The notes: generated from the sequence alone by a model not told the origin. A stretch of 64,000 nt of DNA from Myxococcota bacterium (GCA_965223705.1 OZ245015.1:2784001-2848000), one strand, 5' to 3'; shown: positions 28,232-40,034, numbered from the stretch's first letter. Numbers and translations are program-made.

Positions 28232-28748
28232 TCCGGTGGCGACCGCAGCTTCCGAAAAAGCGAACTCGCACACGATCTCGGTCTTCGTGAACAACAAACC
28301 GGGGGTCTTGGTGCGCGTGGCCTTGGTGTTCTCACGGCGGGGCTACAACATCGAAAGCCTCGTGGTGAGTCCCGCGGCCCGCGGCGAGTTCTCTCGGATG
28401 ACGATCGTGTGCACGGGAGACAGCGAAACCCTCGAGCAGATCATCAAGCAGCTGTCGAAGCTGATCGACGTGGTCCACGCGATCGACCATACAGCAGACG
28501 GCTCGGTCGAAACCGAGATCGCGCTGATCAAAGTCGAATCCGAGCTGACCGAGCGGACTCAGGTCTTGCAAATCGCCGAGCACTACAACGCCAAGGTCGT
28601 CGACTACGCGGCCGATTCGCTGATGCTCCGCGTCTACGGTTCGAGCGAGAAGCTCGACGCCGTGATCGAGTTGCTTCGCCCCTACGGCCTTCGCGAACTC
28701 GTACGCTCGGGCAAGATCCTCATGACGCGAGGTGTCCGTCCGACCTAG
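28218..28748 (+). CDS. ilvN: Acetolactate synthase small regulatory subunit
   Basis: ACT domain NKPGVLVRVALVFSRRGYNIESL, plus EQIIKQLSKLIDV and ELVRSG. Confidence 0.95.
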   Translation: MAAPNPVATAASEKANSHTISVFVNNKPGVLVRVALVFSRRGYNIESLVVSPAARGEFSRMTIVCTGDSETLEQIIKQLSKLIDVVHAIDHTADGSVETEIALIKVESELTERTQVLQIAEHYNAKVVDYAADSLMLRVYGSSEKLDAVIELLRPYGLRELVRSGKILMTRGVRPT

Positions 28749-28751
28749 CGA

Positions 28752-30434
<1,683 letters not shown>

Positions 30435-30488
30435 GCTTCTCCTCCGATGGCCCCAGAGGAGCCGCTCTGGAGGTTACCCTAGAGCGCC

Positions 30489-31487
30489 GTGGGTCAACTT
30501 CGCGACGCCCGAGCCCTGATCGCCGCGAGCGGCGTGATCGACCTGCACGTCGACAGCTTCATTTGGACGCGCGTGATGGGCTACAACCTCGCGCGCGCTC
30601 ACCGCCCTCACTTTTCGTGGTTTGGCGGCCACGCCGACCTCCCCAGGTTGCGCGACGCCGGATTCAGCGGCGCGTTCTTTGCCGTAACGACCCAGCCGTT
30701 CCGGCGCGCAGCATCCCGGGATCGGGTGTGGAGGTGCAACCTCTCGCGCCTTACTCGAGAGTTCTCCGCGGAGGACAGCACCTTCGTCGAGTCCGCAGCG
30801 GAGTACCGGAGCGTGCGCGGCGAGGGACGGTTCGCACTCTTCCTCGCCATCCAAGGTGGCAACTGCTTCGATGCGACGTCGCTCTCCGAACCCCTCCCGC
30901 GAGAGCTCCTCCGCGTCACCCTCATCCACCTGACGAACTCGCGACTCGGCGGAACCAGCGCGCCGGCGGGCGGCAACGCACCACTCACGCCTTTGGGGCG
31001 TTCCTGGGTCGAGCGCCTCGACTCGGAGCGCATCCTGGTCGACTTGGCTCACGCGAGCGAGCGCACTTTCTGGGACGTCCTGCGAACGACTCCGCCCGGC
31101 GTTCCGCGCATCGCATCGCACACGGGCGTTTCCGCCGTGCGACCCCACTGGCGAAACCTGGGCGACGCTCAGTTGCGGGCGCTCGCGGATAGTGGCGGCT
31201 GCGCGGGGATCATCTTTCACGGGCCCTACTTGCGCGGCGGGTTGCGCCGCGCCGAGGTCGACGACGCCGCGGACCACATCGCGCACGTCATCGACGTCGC
31301 GGGCGAGGACCTCCCCGCGATCGGCAGCGACTGGGACGGCGCGATTCGTCCCGCTCGAGGGCTCGAAAATCCGGGGGGCATCGCCGCCCTCGTCGCGGCC
31401 ATGAGACGCCGCGGGATCCCACCTCGACAGGTCGAGAAAGTTCTCGCCGGGAATGCCCTGCGCGTACTAGCGACGCTTCGCGGCTGA
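30489..31487 (+). CDS. Membrane dipeptidase (M19) family protein
   Basis: DLHVD, DLAH, ASH, RNL.D and IGSDWDG motifs. Confidence 0.85.
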   Translation: MGQLRDARALIAASGVIDLHVDSFIWTRVMGYNLARAHRPHFSWFGGHADLPRLRDAGFSGAFFAVTTQPFRRAASRDRVWRCNLSRLTREFSAEDSTFVESAAEYRSVRGEGRFALFLAIQGGNCFDATSLSEPLPRELLRVTLIHLTNSRLGGTSAPAGGNAPLTPLGRSWVERLDSERILVDLAHASERTFWDVLRTTPPGVPRIASHTGVSAVRPHWRNLGDAQLRALADSGGCAGIIFHGPYLRGGLRRAEVDDAADHIAHVIDVAGEDLPAIGSDWDGAIRPARGLENPGGIAALVAAMRRRGIPPRQVEKVLAGNALRVLATLRG

Positions 31488-31497
31488 GTCCGCCCGC

Positions 31498-32274
31498 TCA
31501 GTCGCTGTAGTCGAACGGCGTCGAGAAGTGACGTTCGATGACATGATCGCGGTGCGCGAGCAAGGCGGAGGACAGCGCCGCGGCGACCTGTGGATCCGCC
31601 AAGGCGATCTCGAACATGGGGCGCGCGCCGGGCAGAAGCGGCATGGTCGCCTCCGGCAGCGGCGAGAGGAGGAGAGACATCGCGGCCCAGTGCAGATCGA
31701 GCGCGGTGACCTGAGCTCCCACCATGTAGGGACTTCCGCTCGACGCATTCGCGTCGAGCTGCGCATCGAGAAGCTTCAACCGCGAAGCGACTTCGATCGC
31801 TGCACGAGAAGCGTTTTCCGACGAGAACCCCCATTTTGCCGCCATGCTCTGGATGGCTCCCGGAGCGTCCGGAGCGGCCATCGCGGGCGCGAACATCATG
31901 TGACGCGTCCACCAGCCGATCCCGAGATCGCCGGACACTTCGTGGGTCAACCCGACGACCCGCACGCGATCCTCGCCTTCCTCGGGAAGGAGCGAGGGCT
32001 TCGGCGCCAACCGTTCTGCGAGGACGAGGATGTCGAGCCAGCGATGAATCGGCGGCTCGCTCCCGAAAGCGACAACGGGGCCGCTGTTCTGCCCGGACCA
32101 TGCGACGAGTTCCTCATTCTCACCGCCGGGAATCTGAGCGCCGACGGAATAGTCGAGCCCTTTGTGCTCGAAGATCGCCCGCGCCGCCTGGGACCACGGA
32201 GAGGGGAAGTCGCGCACGATGACGATGCGAAGACCGGGATCGGAAATGATTTCGGGAATGCTCTTCCACTGCAT
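31498..32274 (-). CDS. Glutathione S-transferase-like protein
   Basis: PSPWSQAA..KGL N-terminal motif; YMVGAQVTALD C-terminal motif. Confidence 0.7.
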   Translation of the reverse strand: MQWKSIPEIISDPGLRIVIVRDFPSPWSQAARAIFEHKGLDYSVGAQIPGGENEELVAWSGQNSGPVVAFGSEPPIHRWLDILVLAERLAPKPSLLPEEGEDRVRVVGLTHEVSGDLGIGWWTRHMMFAPAMAAPDAPGAIQSMAAKWGFSSENASRAAIEVASRLKLLDAQLDANASSGSPYMVGAQVTALDLHWAAMSLLLSPLPEATMPLLPGARPMFEIALADPQVAAALSSALLAHRDHVIERHFSTPFDYSD

Positions 32275-32324
32275 AGTCGCGATGGTAGCGCCTGACGCAG
32301 CGCGGGTCGGACGCGGTGACCCGG

Positions 32325-33098
32325 CTACCGGGTCAGGAGTTCGATCAGGCCGTCCATCGTCGCGCGTTTTCGTTCGGAGACCGCGTGGAGTCGCGCCGCC
32401 AACACCGCGGTTGCGGCGTGGGTCGCGAGCACGCGGAACAGCTCGTGGTCGAGCGGGCGGAAGCCGTACTTGCCCTCGATCAACGCCTCGACGACGATCG
32501 CCCCCACCGGCCGCTGCTCATCGCGCAACGCCACCACCACGGGGGGTTCGACCGCGTCGCCACCCTCGCGCATCGGGGATACGACTGCCGGCGCACTCAT
32601 CGCTCGCCAAATCGGTCCCTCGGGTTCCGCGACCGGAAGGAAATCCGCGCTGACCCCTTCGGCCACCGCGAGGCGCAGCCCCGCCGTCCGTTCATCGTAC
32701 AGATACACCGCGAATTGCTGCGCGCCGATGGGCTCGCGGAGGATCTCACCGATCGACTGCACGACGCCTCGGGCTGTGCGCGACCCGTGGAGCTGATGCA
32801 TCGCGTTGTACAGGTGGCCAATGCGCCAATGTTCCTCTTCGAGCGTCTGGCAACGTGATTCGAGTTCGCGATTTTCCTCGCGCAGCGCACTCGCGTGATC
32901 GGTCGCCGCTTTCGCCTCGGCCTGAAGCTGTGCGTAGATGCGCGGGTCGAAGGGGTGCACTTCGCGACGAACCTGCCGGACCCGTTCTCGAAGCCGCGCG
33001 TTCTGAGCTGCCAGGTGCTGGAGCAGCGCCGCCGCCCGGGCGAGATCGCGCGCGACGTCCGTAGCGCGCTGGCGGTCGTTGCGAGTCGGGCCCTGCAC
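32325..33098 (-). CDS. Coiled-coil plus GAF-domain protein
   Basis: Heptad-rich N-terminus, then EILREPIGAQQF.VYL..VGAIVV..DHELFRVLATHAATA; AGGAG upstream of the GTG at 33098. Confidence 0.75.
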   Translation of the reverse strand: MQGPTRNDRQRATDVARDLARAAALLQHLAAQNARLRERVRQVRREVHPFDPRIYAQLQAEAKAATDHASALREENRELESRCQTLEEEHWRIGHLYNAMHQLHGSRTARGVVQSIGEILREPIGAQQFAVYLYDERTAGLRLAVAEGVSADFLPVAEPEGPIWRAMSAPAVVSPMREGGDAVEPPVVVALRDEQRPVGAIVVEALIEGKYGFRPLDHELFRVLATHAATAVLAARLHAVSERKRATMDGLIELLTR

Positions 33099-33100
33099 CC

Positions 33101-34765
33101 TTAGCTCTCCTGCTCGAGTACGAGTTCGAGAAGAGCACGCTCGAGCGCAATCGCGGCGGTGTGGAGCCCCACCTCGAGGCTTCGCGTATCGGGCAACGGC
33201 GCGCCGCTCGGGAGGTTGTCGGCGTAGAGCACGGCAGCGAGTGAATCGCCACCTCGGATGGGTGCCCAATACGCTTCGCGCGCAATTTCGGCCCCGACGG
33301 CCGTAGCGAGCTCTTCGGGTGGCTTCATGATCGCGGCGTCCGACTCGAGGAGAATCGGCGCCAGGTCGGGCCGGAGCGAGAGATCGATGTCCACGTTCCG
33401 GAAACCGGCACTGTCGGGCCCCCCGGCCGCTTCGAGCCCGTGCTGCGAGAGCCCGCAGAGTCGCCCGTCGCGGAAGACGAAAAGCGCAACGCGTTCGAAT
33501 ATTTCTGACGCGAAGGCAAGAACCAACTCGAGCACCTGACCGCGGCTCTCGGGCGCGTTCAGGCGCGAGGTGAACGCATGCAGACGCTCGATCTCGTTGG
33601 GGCCCGACAAGCTCTCGGTCGGTTGGGGAGCCGGCGCCACCGATTCGGCGGGCGCGTCGGGTTCCGTCTGCTCGACGGCCGCCGCGGCGGTCGCCGGGTC
33701 GTTGCGGGAACCGAGCGCCGCACGGAGTTCAAGGGCCAGCGCCTTGCGCCGCTCTTTGTGCTGGGCCTCGCCCAGCACGCTGCGATCCGGTCGTGTCGCC
33801 ACGGCGAAAAACGGCGACAGGTCGACATTTGAATCGACCTCGGGGTCACAGAGCAGGAGCATCGGAAGGTTCGCTCCTTGCGCCTGCAAGCGGGTCAGCA
33901 CCCCCTCCCAGGCACTGGTCGATCCATCGTTCGGCTCGGCACACTCGGGGAGGTGTTGGCTCAGGATGACACCGGGCGTCACGCCGCGAACGAAGTAGTA
34001 CCGGAGGCGCTCCACCGCGGGCTCGAGGGACTGGAAGATGTGGACGAAGTGCGCGCAACCGTGGAGTGCATGCTTCAGCCATTCGAGCACGTCGAGGTCT
34101 CGATCGATCGCGATCAACGGTCCGTCGAAGCCGGGAATGGTCTCGTCCGGACGGCCGGGTTCGTCAGGCCCTCCGTCGACCAGCTCTTCTTGAAAGTCCG
34201 GCATGGGAAAGTCGGGCAGCGTCTCCGCCTCGCCCGAAAATGAAATGGCGAAGTCATCGTCCTCCTGACTCTCCTCGTCGAGGAGTCGGACGCCCTCGAG
34301 CGCGAGGAATTGCGCGTTGAGACCGACTTTGAGGCGCATCTCCCGCGCCTCGAGTTCATCGATCGACTGCCCGCTCATGTCGAAGGTCCATTTGCCTTCA
34401 TTCCACGTGAAAAGGGAGAGGACCGAGGCCTCCGCCACTTCCCGCAGCAAGCTGTCGAGGCGCTCTTCATCGAGCTCGGTGTGTTCGCAGAGCAACGCCG
34501 CGAAGCTCACGGAGCGCTCGCGCGCGTCGCGGTGGAGCGACTCGACTCGATCCTTTTCCAGCGCGCCGGCCGCCAGGACCACTTCTGCGAGGGTCTCGAT
34601 CCCGCCCTCGACGAGCACGCCTTCGATGTTGCCTTGGGTGAGATAGACACGAGCCCCGGACCCGGATGTCTGATGGAGATGCAGGACACCGGATTTACCC
34701 GAGATGGTCAGGATCTGAAGGATTTCTCCGAACCCCAGATCTTCGAGTCGACCGACCAGACTCAT
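33101..34765 (-). CDS. DUF4388 (PatA-N-like) signalling protein with degenerate receiver-like and GAF-like regions
   Basis: MSLVGRLEDLGFGEILQIL..KSGVL..LFTWNEGKWTF..EGVRLLDE at the N-terminus; LAAVLYADN at the C-terminus. Confidence 0.82.
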   Translation of the reverse strand: MSLVGRLEDLGFGEILQILTISGKSGVLHLHQTSGSGARVYLTQGNIEGVLVEGGIETLAEVVLAAGALEKDRVESLHRDARERSVSFAALLCEHTELDEERLDSLLREVAEASVLSLFTWNEGKWTFDMSGQSIDELEAREMRLKVGLNAQFLALEGVRLLDEESQEDDDFAISFSGEAETLPDFPMPDFQEELVDGGPDEPGRPDETIPGFDGPLIAIDRDLDVLEWLKHALHGCAHFVHIFQSLEPAVERLRYYFVRGVTPGVILSQHLPECAEPNDGSTSAWEGVLTRLQAQGANLPMLLLCDPEVDSNVDLSPFFAVATRPDRSVLGEAQHKERRKALALELRAALGSRNDPATAAAAVEQTEPDAPAESVAPAPQPTESLSGPNEIERLHAFTSRLNAPESRGQVLELVLAFASEIFERVALFVFRDGRLCGLSQHGLEAAGGPDSAGFRNVDIDLSLRPDLAPILLESDAAIMKPPEELATAVGAEIAREAYWAPIRGGDSLAAVLYADNLPSGAPLPDTRSLEVGLHTAAIALERALLELVLEQES

Positions 34766-34992
34766 CCCGTGTCCCGCCCTCCACAGGGCGCGCGCGACGC
34801 GCGCACCTCGTCCGGGTGGTCATCGGCAGAAAGGCGGCCCCCACTTAGAACGGGCGTGACAAGCGATTTCCCCCGCGGGAGCGCTACGTTTCGTGGCTGG
34901 AGGCGGCGTGAATTTCCGGCACAATTCGGCCCGCGAGCAACTGGAGGACGGCGAGACCCACGCGGAGGGCCGTTCGAGCCGCCAGCCTTCCC

Positions 34993-36036
34993 GTGTTTCG
35001 TAGCCGCATCTCGGGTTTGGGGATCGCACTTCCCCAACAGCGAGAAGAGCTCGGCGCAGTTGGGCACCCGGGGCTGCCCGATGTATCTCGGCTCACCGGT
35101 ATCGAACGCGTTCGCGTCTCTGCCGAGGGCGAGGATTCCCGGACCCTCGCGCAGGGCGCCGCCCGGCGGGCCTTGGCGGCAAGCGGCCGATCCCCGGAGA
35201 GCATCGATCTCGTGATCTACGCCGGGATCACGCGCTTCACCCAGGGGCTTCGCCGCTTCCGACTGGAGCCCTCCCTCGCAGAAACTCTCGCGAGCGAGCT
35301 CGGGGCCAGACACGCGCTGTGCCTCGACCTGACGAACGCATGCGCCGGGGCGATGACGGCAATCCACATGGCGGATCTCCTGATCGGCAGCGGAGACGCG
35401 GAGCGCGTCCTCGTCGTGACGGGCGAGTATCTGCGCCACGTCGGTCGCAACGCTGCGCCTCACGTCGACCGCTGGGACCACCCCGAACTGGCGTCCCTCA
35501 CCCTCGGCGACGCCGGCGCCGCCGTGTGTCTCGAGGCGCCAGAGGCCGGCGACGCGGCGGGCGGGGGTTTCATAGCCGGGAGTTTCGAGACGCTTCCCGA
35601 ACACGCCGACCTGTGCGTCGCCGGGCCGGCCCCGCGACGCGCCGGAGGCACGATGCGAACGGACGCCGCGACGATCCATATCGAGGCGATCCGACGCGCT
35701 CCCGTCGTGATGGAAAGATCACTCGACGAGGCGGGATTGCCATACGCCGCGATCGACCTCGTAATTCCGCACCAGACCTCCATCCGCGCGATCCGTGCCG
35801 GGCGACGCCACTTCGCGGAACACTTCGGCGAAGACGCCGCCGCGTGGGGTGTCTCTCTTTCGGAGTACGGGAACACCGCAACCTGTACCCACTTCATCGC
35901 GTTGGCAGAAGCGATCGCTGCGGGAACGTGCCAGCCCAACCGGCACATCATGTTCCTCGTCTTCGCTTCGGGCTTGGTGGTGGGGAGCCTGATCTACCGC
36001 GTGCCGAAGCGCATCCCCTGCACAGGTGCGATATGA
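34993..36036 (+). CDS. 3-oxoacyl-ACP synthase III / OleA-like condensing enzyme
   Basis: TGIERVR, DLTNACAG (Cys), TLGDAGAA, PHQTS (His) and YGNT (Asn). Confidence 0.88.
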   Translation: MFRSRISGLGIALPQQREELGAVGHPGLPDVSRLTGIERVRVSAEGEDSRTLAQGAARRALAASGRSPESIDLVIYAGITRFTQGLRRFRLEPSLAETLASELGARHALCLDLTNACAGAMTAIHMADLLIGSGDAERVLVVTGEYLRHVGRNAAPHVDRWDHPELASLTLGDAGAAVCLEAPEAGDAAGGGFIAGSFETLPEHADLCVAGPAPRRAGGTMRTDAATIHIEAIRRAPVVMERSLDEAGLPYAAIDLVIPHQTSIRAIRAGRRHFAEHFGEDAAAWGVSLSEYGNTATCTHFIALAEAIAAGTCQPNRHIMFLVFASGLVVGSLIYRVPKRIPCTGAI

Positions 36037-36860
36037 GAGCCGGGATCGCAGCGGTCCGTACGGGACGCGGCCAGGGAGAGGCGCGGGACGTGGCCGCCAA
36101 GCGGGCGGAAACGTGCTTGGCTGCGACACCCGGGCCCTCTCCGACCTTGTGCGTTCACGTCGGGAGCTTTCGCGACGCGGATCGCGTCGAGCCCGCCGAA
36201 GCGCCGCGGATCGTCGCCGCCATGTCCGCGAACGGAGAAGCCCGGCCGCAGCTCGCGTTTGACGTCGATCATCTCGTCGCCGCCTGGCAATTGGCGAGCC
36301 GATGGGTGGCCCAGCGGGGTGAACGCGCCCTCGTCGTCGCAGCCGATCGGCGCGTCCGCGCTGACGTTTCGGGCAGTGGGGTCGCCAACGCCGCGGCCGC
36401 GGTCGTCCTTGCACCGACCGATCGCCCCGGTGGGTTCCAGAGCTTTTATCGATTCCCAGCGATCCAGCGACCTGCGACCAGCGATCTCAACTGGGATGCC
36501 GGCGATGCGCGGCACGCGCTCTCGGTCGCTCCCCCTCCCGACGCGCGAGCGGCGGCGCATGCCGCCGGCGCGGTGACCGACCTCATCGCAAGGCTCGGTT
36601 TGTCTCCCGGCGATCTTCGGGTGTGCGCGACCCAGCGCGGGCCCGAGGTCGTCGGCGCGTTGCGCGCCGCGTTCCCAGATGCCTGCGTGCCGCGTGTAGC
36701 CGACGAGCTCGAACCCCTACACAGTGCCGGTCCGTTGTTCGCCTTCGAATCCGCCGAAGGAGAATCCCGCGGCCATGTGCTCTTCGTGACCGTCACGAAC
36801 GCGGGCTCCACGCACGTCGCCTACTACCGGAATGAAGCCCCGTGTCGGGTCTCGTCTTAG
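36033..36860 (+). CDS. Degenerate thiolase/KAS III-fold protein lacking the catalytic Cys
   Basis: EPAEA..AFDVD, RALVVAAD and AAAVVL echo the KAS III layout, but no Cys follows AFD; ATGA coupling to the KAS III gene. Confidence 0.6.
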   Translation: MRAGIAAVRTGRGQGEARDVAAKRAETCLAATPGPSPTLCVHVGSFRDADRVEPAEAPRIVAAMSANGEARPQLAFDVDHLVAAWQLASRWVAQRGERALVVAADRRVRADVSGSGVANAAAAVVLAPTDRPGGFQSFYRFPAIQRPATSDLNWDAGDARHALSVAPPPDARAAAHAAGAVTDLIARLGLSPGDLRVCATQRGPEVVGALRAAFPDACVPRVADELEPLHSAGPLFAFESAEGESRGHVLFVTVTNAGSTHVAYYRNEAPCRVSS

Positions 36861-39181
36861 TCCTGTTCGCGCTGATCGCCGGCGCAACCGCCCTGGCCTT
36901 CGGTCGCCCGGCGTCGGTGATCCGTCATGCGCGGGCGGTCCTTGTCTCGATCGGTTTCGGGGCCGCCCTCGCCCTCGTCGGTCTGATCGACGTCGGAACG
37001 GGACACCCCCGCATCCGACTCGACGCCTCGGAAGAGCCGTTGATGGTGGGCGAGGATCCCGAACGCGGGGTCTACGACACCGCGACCCGCCGCTTCGGCC
37101 GGGATGATCAGGTGCTCGTCGTCCTCGCAGCGCCGTCGGTGTGGGAGGAGCAGACCCTCACGACTTTGCGCGAGGCCGCGGACCGGCTGGCGGATCTCCC
37201 GCACGTCCGACGCGTCGAGGGGCTCGTCAATACCCCCGACTACCGCTTCGACACCGAGTGGGGCGGCATCCGATTTCGCGAGCTGATCGAAAACGTCCCG
37301 GATGCGGCCGACGAACGCGAAGCGTTGCGACAACGCGTCCTCGAGGACCCGGTCTATCCGAAGCTCTGGGTCGCGCCCGACGGAAGGATGAGCGCGCTCC
37401 TCATTTCGTTCGCGCCGGTAACGGATCAGGAACTCATCGATTCGGGGTTTCACGAACGGCTCGAGGGCGAGCTCGCCCGCTTGGCGGTCGCTGAAACCCG
37501 CTGGCACGTCACGGGCCGACCGCACATCAAAGCGCGCGCGATCGACGTGATGGTGCGTGACCTGTCGCGCCTCATCCCGCTCGCCGTGGCAATCGCGACA
37601 CTCGTCGTCCTTCTCTTCACGCGATCTGTCGTGGGCGCGGCCCTTCCGCTCGCCAATGCCATCCTCGCCTCGGTCGTGACCTTCGCGGTGATGTCCCGGG
37701 CGCAGGTGCCGATCAACCTCATCACGCTCGTGCTCGGGCCTACCCTGATCTCCTTGGGCGGGCTCTACGGCGTGCACGTCGTGAGTCTCCACACATTGGG
37801 TGAGCGAGCGGATTGCCCGAAAGCCCGAGCCCTCGCGACTCTCTGTCGCGTTCGCCTCCCGATCCTCCTCGCCGGCGTCTCGACCTGCGTGGGGTTCTTC
37901 GCTCTCATGGTGACGGGCGTTCCGGCGACGCGAGAGCTCGGATTCTTCGGGGCATTTGGCATGGCGACGCTGACCCTGCTCTCCTTGACCGGGTTGCCCG
38001 CCGCATTGGCTCTTCTTCCCGATCGCGCGCTCCCCCTCCGCTCCGAAGCGCAGGCCGAGCTTCTCGACCGCGCCTTGGCGACCACAGGCCGCTGGGTCAC
38101 CGCCCACAGCGGCGCCATCATCGCCGCCTTCGGCCTGACAACGGTCGCGGCCGCGGCCATCTTGCCGCGCGTCATCGTGGACACCGACTACTTGAGCTTC
38201 TTCGACCGCAAGGCGACGGTTCGAACGGACTACCGCGCCATTGCGGACGGCCTCATCGGCCCCACCCCGCTGTACCTCGTCTTCGAAGGCGAATCGGAAG
38301 GCGCGTTCCGTTCGCCCACGACCTTGCGCTCGCTGGACGCTCTCGCCCGAGAGCTCGAAGCTCTGCCCGCGATCTCCGCCGTGTTCTCCATGGTCGAACC
38401 CGTGCGGAAGCTCAATCGAGCCCTCGCCCACCCGAAGCCCGATTCCCTGCGCATCCCGGACACCCGCGAAGAAGTCAGCGACGCGCTCTTTCTGATTCCG
38501 AAGCGCGAGCTGCGGCGCTTTGCCACGTCGAACCACCGCGCCGCGAACCTGGTTCTCCACACCGATCGGCTGGGTTCGCGAGAGCTGCGCGCGTTGCGCG
38601 CCGATATCGGGCAGGTACTTGCGCAGTCGGCCCACGCGGCGAACTTGCCGACCGCCCAACTCACCGGAAACGCGCTCGTGCTCAATCGAAGCGCCGACTT
38701 TGTCGCCGGCGATCAAGTGCGCGCGATCGGTGCAGCCGCTTGCGCCATCTTTCTACTGGTCGGTGTCGTCTTCCGTTCCTGGCGAGCCGCTTGCATCGCG
38801 ATGGTTCCGAACCTCGTCCCGGTGATCTTGTTCTTCGGTGTCCTCGCGATGGGCTTCGCGTCGCTGTCGTTTCCCACGGGCCTGATCGGTTGCCTCACAC
38901 TCGGCGTGGCGCTCGACGACACCCTTCACTTCTTGAGCCACTATCGCCGGGAGCGTCGTTCCGGGCTGGCCCCTGCCGCAGCCGCCGAGCGCTCCCTCGC
39001 GCGCGTCGGCCGAGCGATCGTCATCACGACCGTGATGCTCGTGGCCGGGTTCGGATCGATTCTCGTGTCGGGGTTCGCCACGATCCGGGAGTTCGGCGCC
39101 TTGACCGCGACCGTGATGGGCTTGTGCCTGGCGACGGATCTGTTGCTCTTCCCGGCGCTGCTCATCCGCTTCCGGATCTGA
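36842..39181 (+). CDS. MMPL/RND family exporter
   Basis: Two TM bundles, each after a large periplasmic loop; GVALDDTLHF and GRAIVITT..GF motifs. Confidence 0.9.
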   Translation: MSGLVLVLFALIAGATALAFGRPASVIRHARAVLVSIGFGAALALVGLIDVGTGHPRIRLDASEEPLMVGEDPERGVYDTATRRFGRDDQVLVVLAAPSVWEEQTLTTLREAADRLADLPHVRRVEGLVNTPDYRFDTEWGGIRFRELIENVPDAADEREALRQRVLEDPVYPKLWVAPDGRMSALLISFAPVTDQELIDSGFHERLEGELARLAVAETRWHVTGRPHIKARAIDVMVRDLSRLIPLAVAIATLVVLLFTRSVVGAALPLANAILASVVTFAVMSRAQVPINLITLVLGPTLISLGGLYGVHVVSLHTLGERADCPKARALATLCRVRLPILLAGVSTCVGFFALMVTGVPATRELGFFGAFGMATLTLLSLTGLPAALALLPDRALPLRSEAQAELLDRALATTGRWVTAHSGAIIAAFGLTTVAAAAILPRVIVDTDYLSFFDRKATVRTDYRAIADGLIGPTPLYLVFEGESEGAFRSPTTLRSLDALARELEALPAISAVFSMVEPVRKLNRALAHPKPDSLRIPDTREEVSDALFLIPKRELRRFATSNHRAANLVLHTDRLGSRELRALRADIGQVLAQSAHAANLPTAQLTGNALVLNRSADFVAGDQVRAIGAAACAIFLLVGVVFRSWRAACIAMVPNLVPVILFFGVLAMGFASLSFPTGLIGCLTLGVALDDTLHFLSHYRRERRSGLAPAAAAERSLARVGRAIVITTVMLVAGFGSILVSGFATIREFGALTATVMGLCLATDLLLFPALLIRFRI

Positions 39182-39184
39182 GCT

Positions 39185-39997
39185 CTACGGGCGCTTCCGG
39201 CTCAACCGATTCGCCTCGAAGAGCCGGTCCGCGATGTCCGGATTCGGTTCGAGCTGATCGACGAAGAGAATCGATTGGGTCTTTTCTCGAATGTCGGTCA
39301 TGCGCGCTTCCATCGGCACCCAAGCGCCGCCGTGGACTTCGACGCGATCCCGCGGAATATCGAGCTCGTTGACATGCAGACCGCGAAGACTCCAGTTCTT
39401 CACCAGCAGCGGAACCGGAAATTCCTGATCGATATAGAACACGCTCTTTGAGTATTGGGGCCTGCTTTCGGGGACGTAATCGACTTCGACCACGTACACG
39501 GGAACTTCCTGAACTCGCTCGTCGGGGAGTCGCTTGTAGGTCGCGTCGTCGATCACGCGAACCATCGCGATATCTTCCAGGGTGAAGTCCGTCGCGAAGA
39601 TGGTCTCGCGCGAGGTGTCGACGCGCGCCACGCGCTCGCGGCGCTTCGAGTAGTGATAGCCGTCGTTTTCCTGTCGATGCCGCTCGATGAACAGATAGCC
39701 GCTGTCGCGCTTGTCGTTCGGGTACGTGAACTTCATCATCGTCTTTGAGACGATGCCCGCCGCGTTGGCTCCGCCGTCGACCCGAAAGTCCTTGAACCGA
39801 GACCAGAACCGGAGCTCCTGGGTGTCGCCACCCGGGTCGGTGGAGACGAATCGTTGCTCGGCGTGAGAGGAGCGCAAGCGGTTGTCGATCATTCGCTGGT
39901 AGATGTCGCGGCCCGATAGCTCTTCGGCACCGAGCGACACGGGCGCCGAGACGGCGATCGCGGCGACGAGGGCTAGGACATGAGCGCTGCGGACCAT
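39185..39997 (-). CDS. Outer-membrane lipoprotein-sorting (LolA-like) periplasmic protein
   Basis: Signal peptide; KFTYPNDKRDSGYL, RVARV..IFATDFTLED and NPDIADRLF fit the LolA-like family pattern. Confidence 0.75.
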   Translation of the reverse strand: MVRSAHVLALVAAIAVSAPVSLGAEELSGRDIYQRMIDNRLRSSHAEQRFVSTDPGGDTQELRFWSRFKDFRVDGGANAAGIVSKTMMKFTYPNDKRDSGYLFIERHRQENDGYHYSKRRERVARVDTSRETIFATDFTLEDIAMVRVIDDATYKRLPDERVQEVPVYVVEVDYVPESRPQYSKSVFYIDQEFPVPLLVKNWSLRGLHVNELDIPRDRVEVHGGAWVPMEARMTDIREKTQSILFVDQLEPNPDIADRLFEANRLSRKRP

Positions 39998-40034
39998 GGC
40001 TGGCTCCTCCTGACTTCGGCATGCTCCGGGCGCC

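Noticed and set aside
26498..28297. Long antisense ORFs (e.g. 26498..28297, 16833..19007, 36857..38716, 29292..30482, 50774..52135)
   Set aside because: They mirror well-supported genes on the other strand, as expected in high-GC DNA, and show no family motifs.
34890..34990. Cobalamin riboswitch-like leader upstream of KAS III
   Set aside because: Only a vague resemblance; the GGGAA and B12-box elements are not convincing, and GC-rich pairing could be chance.
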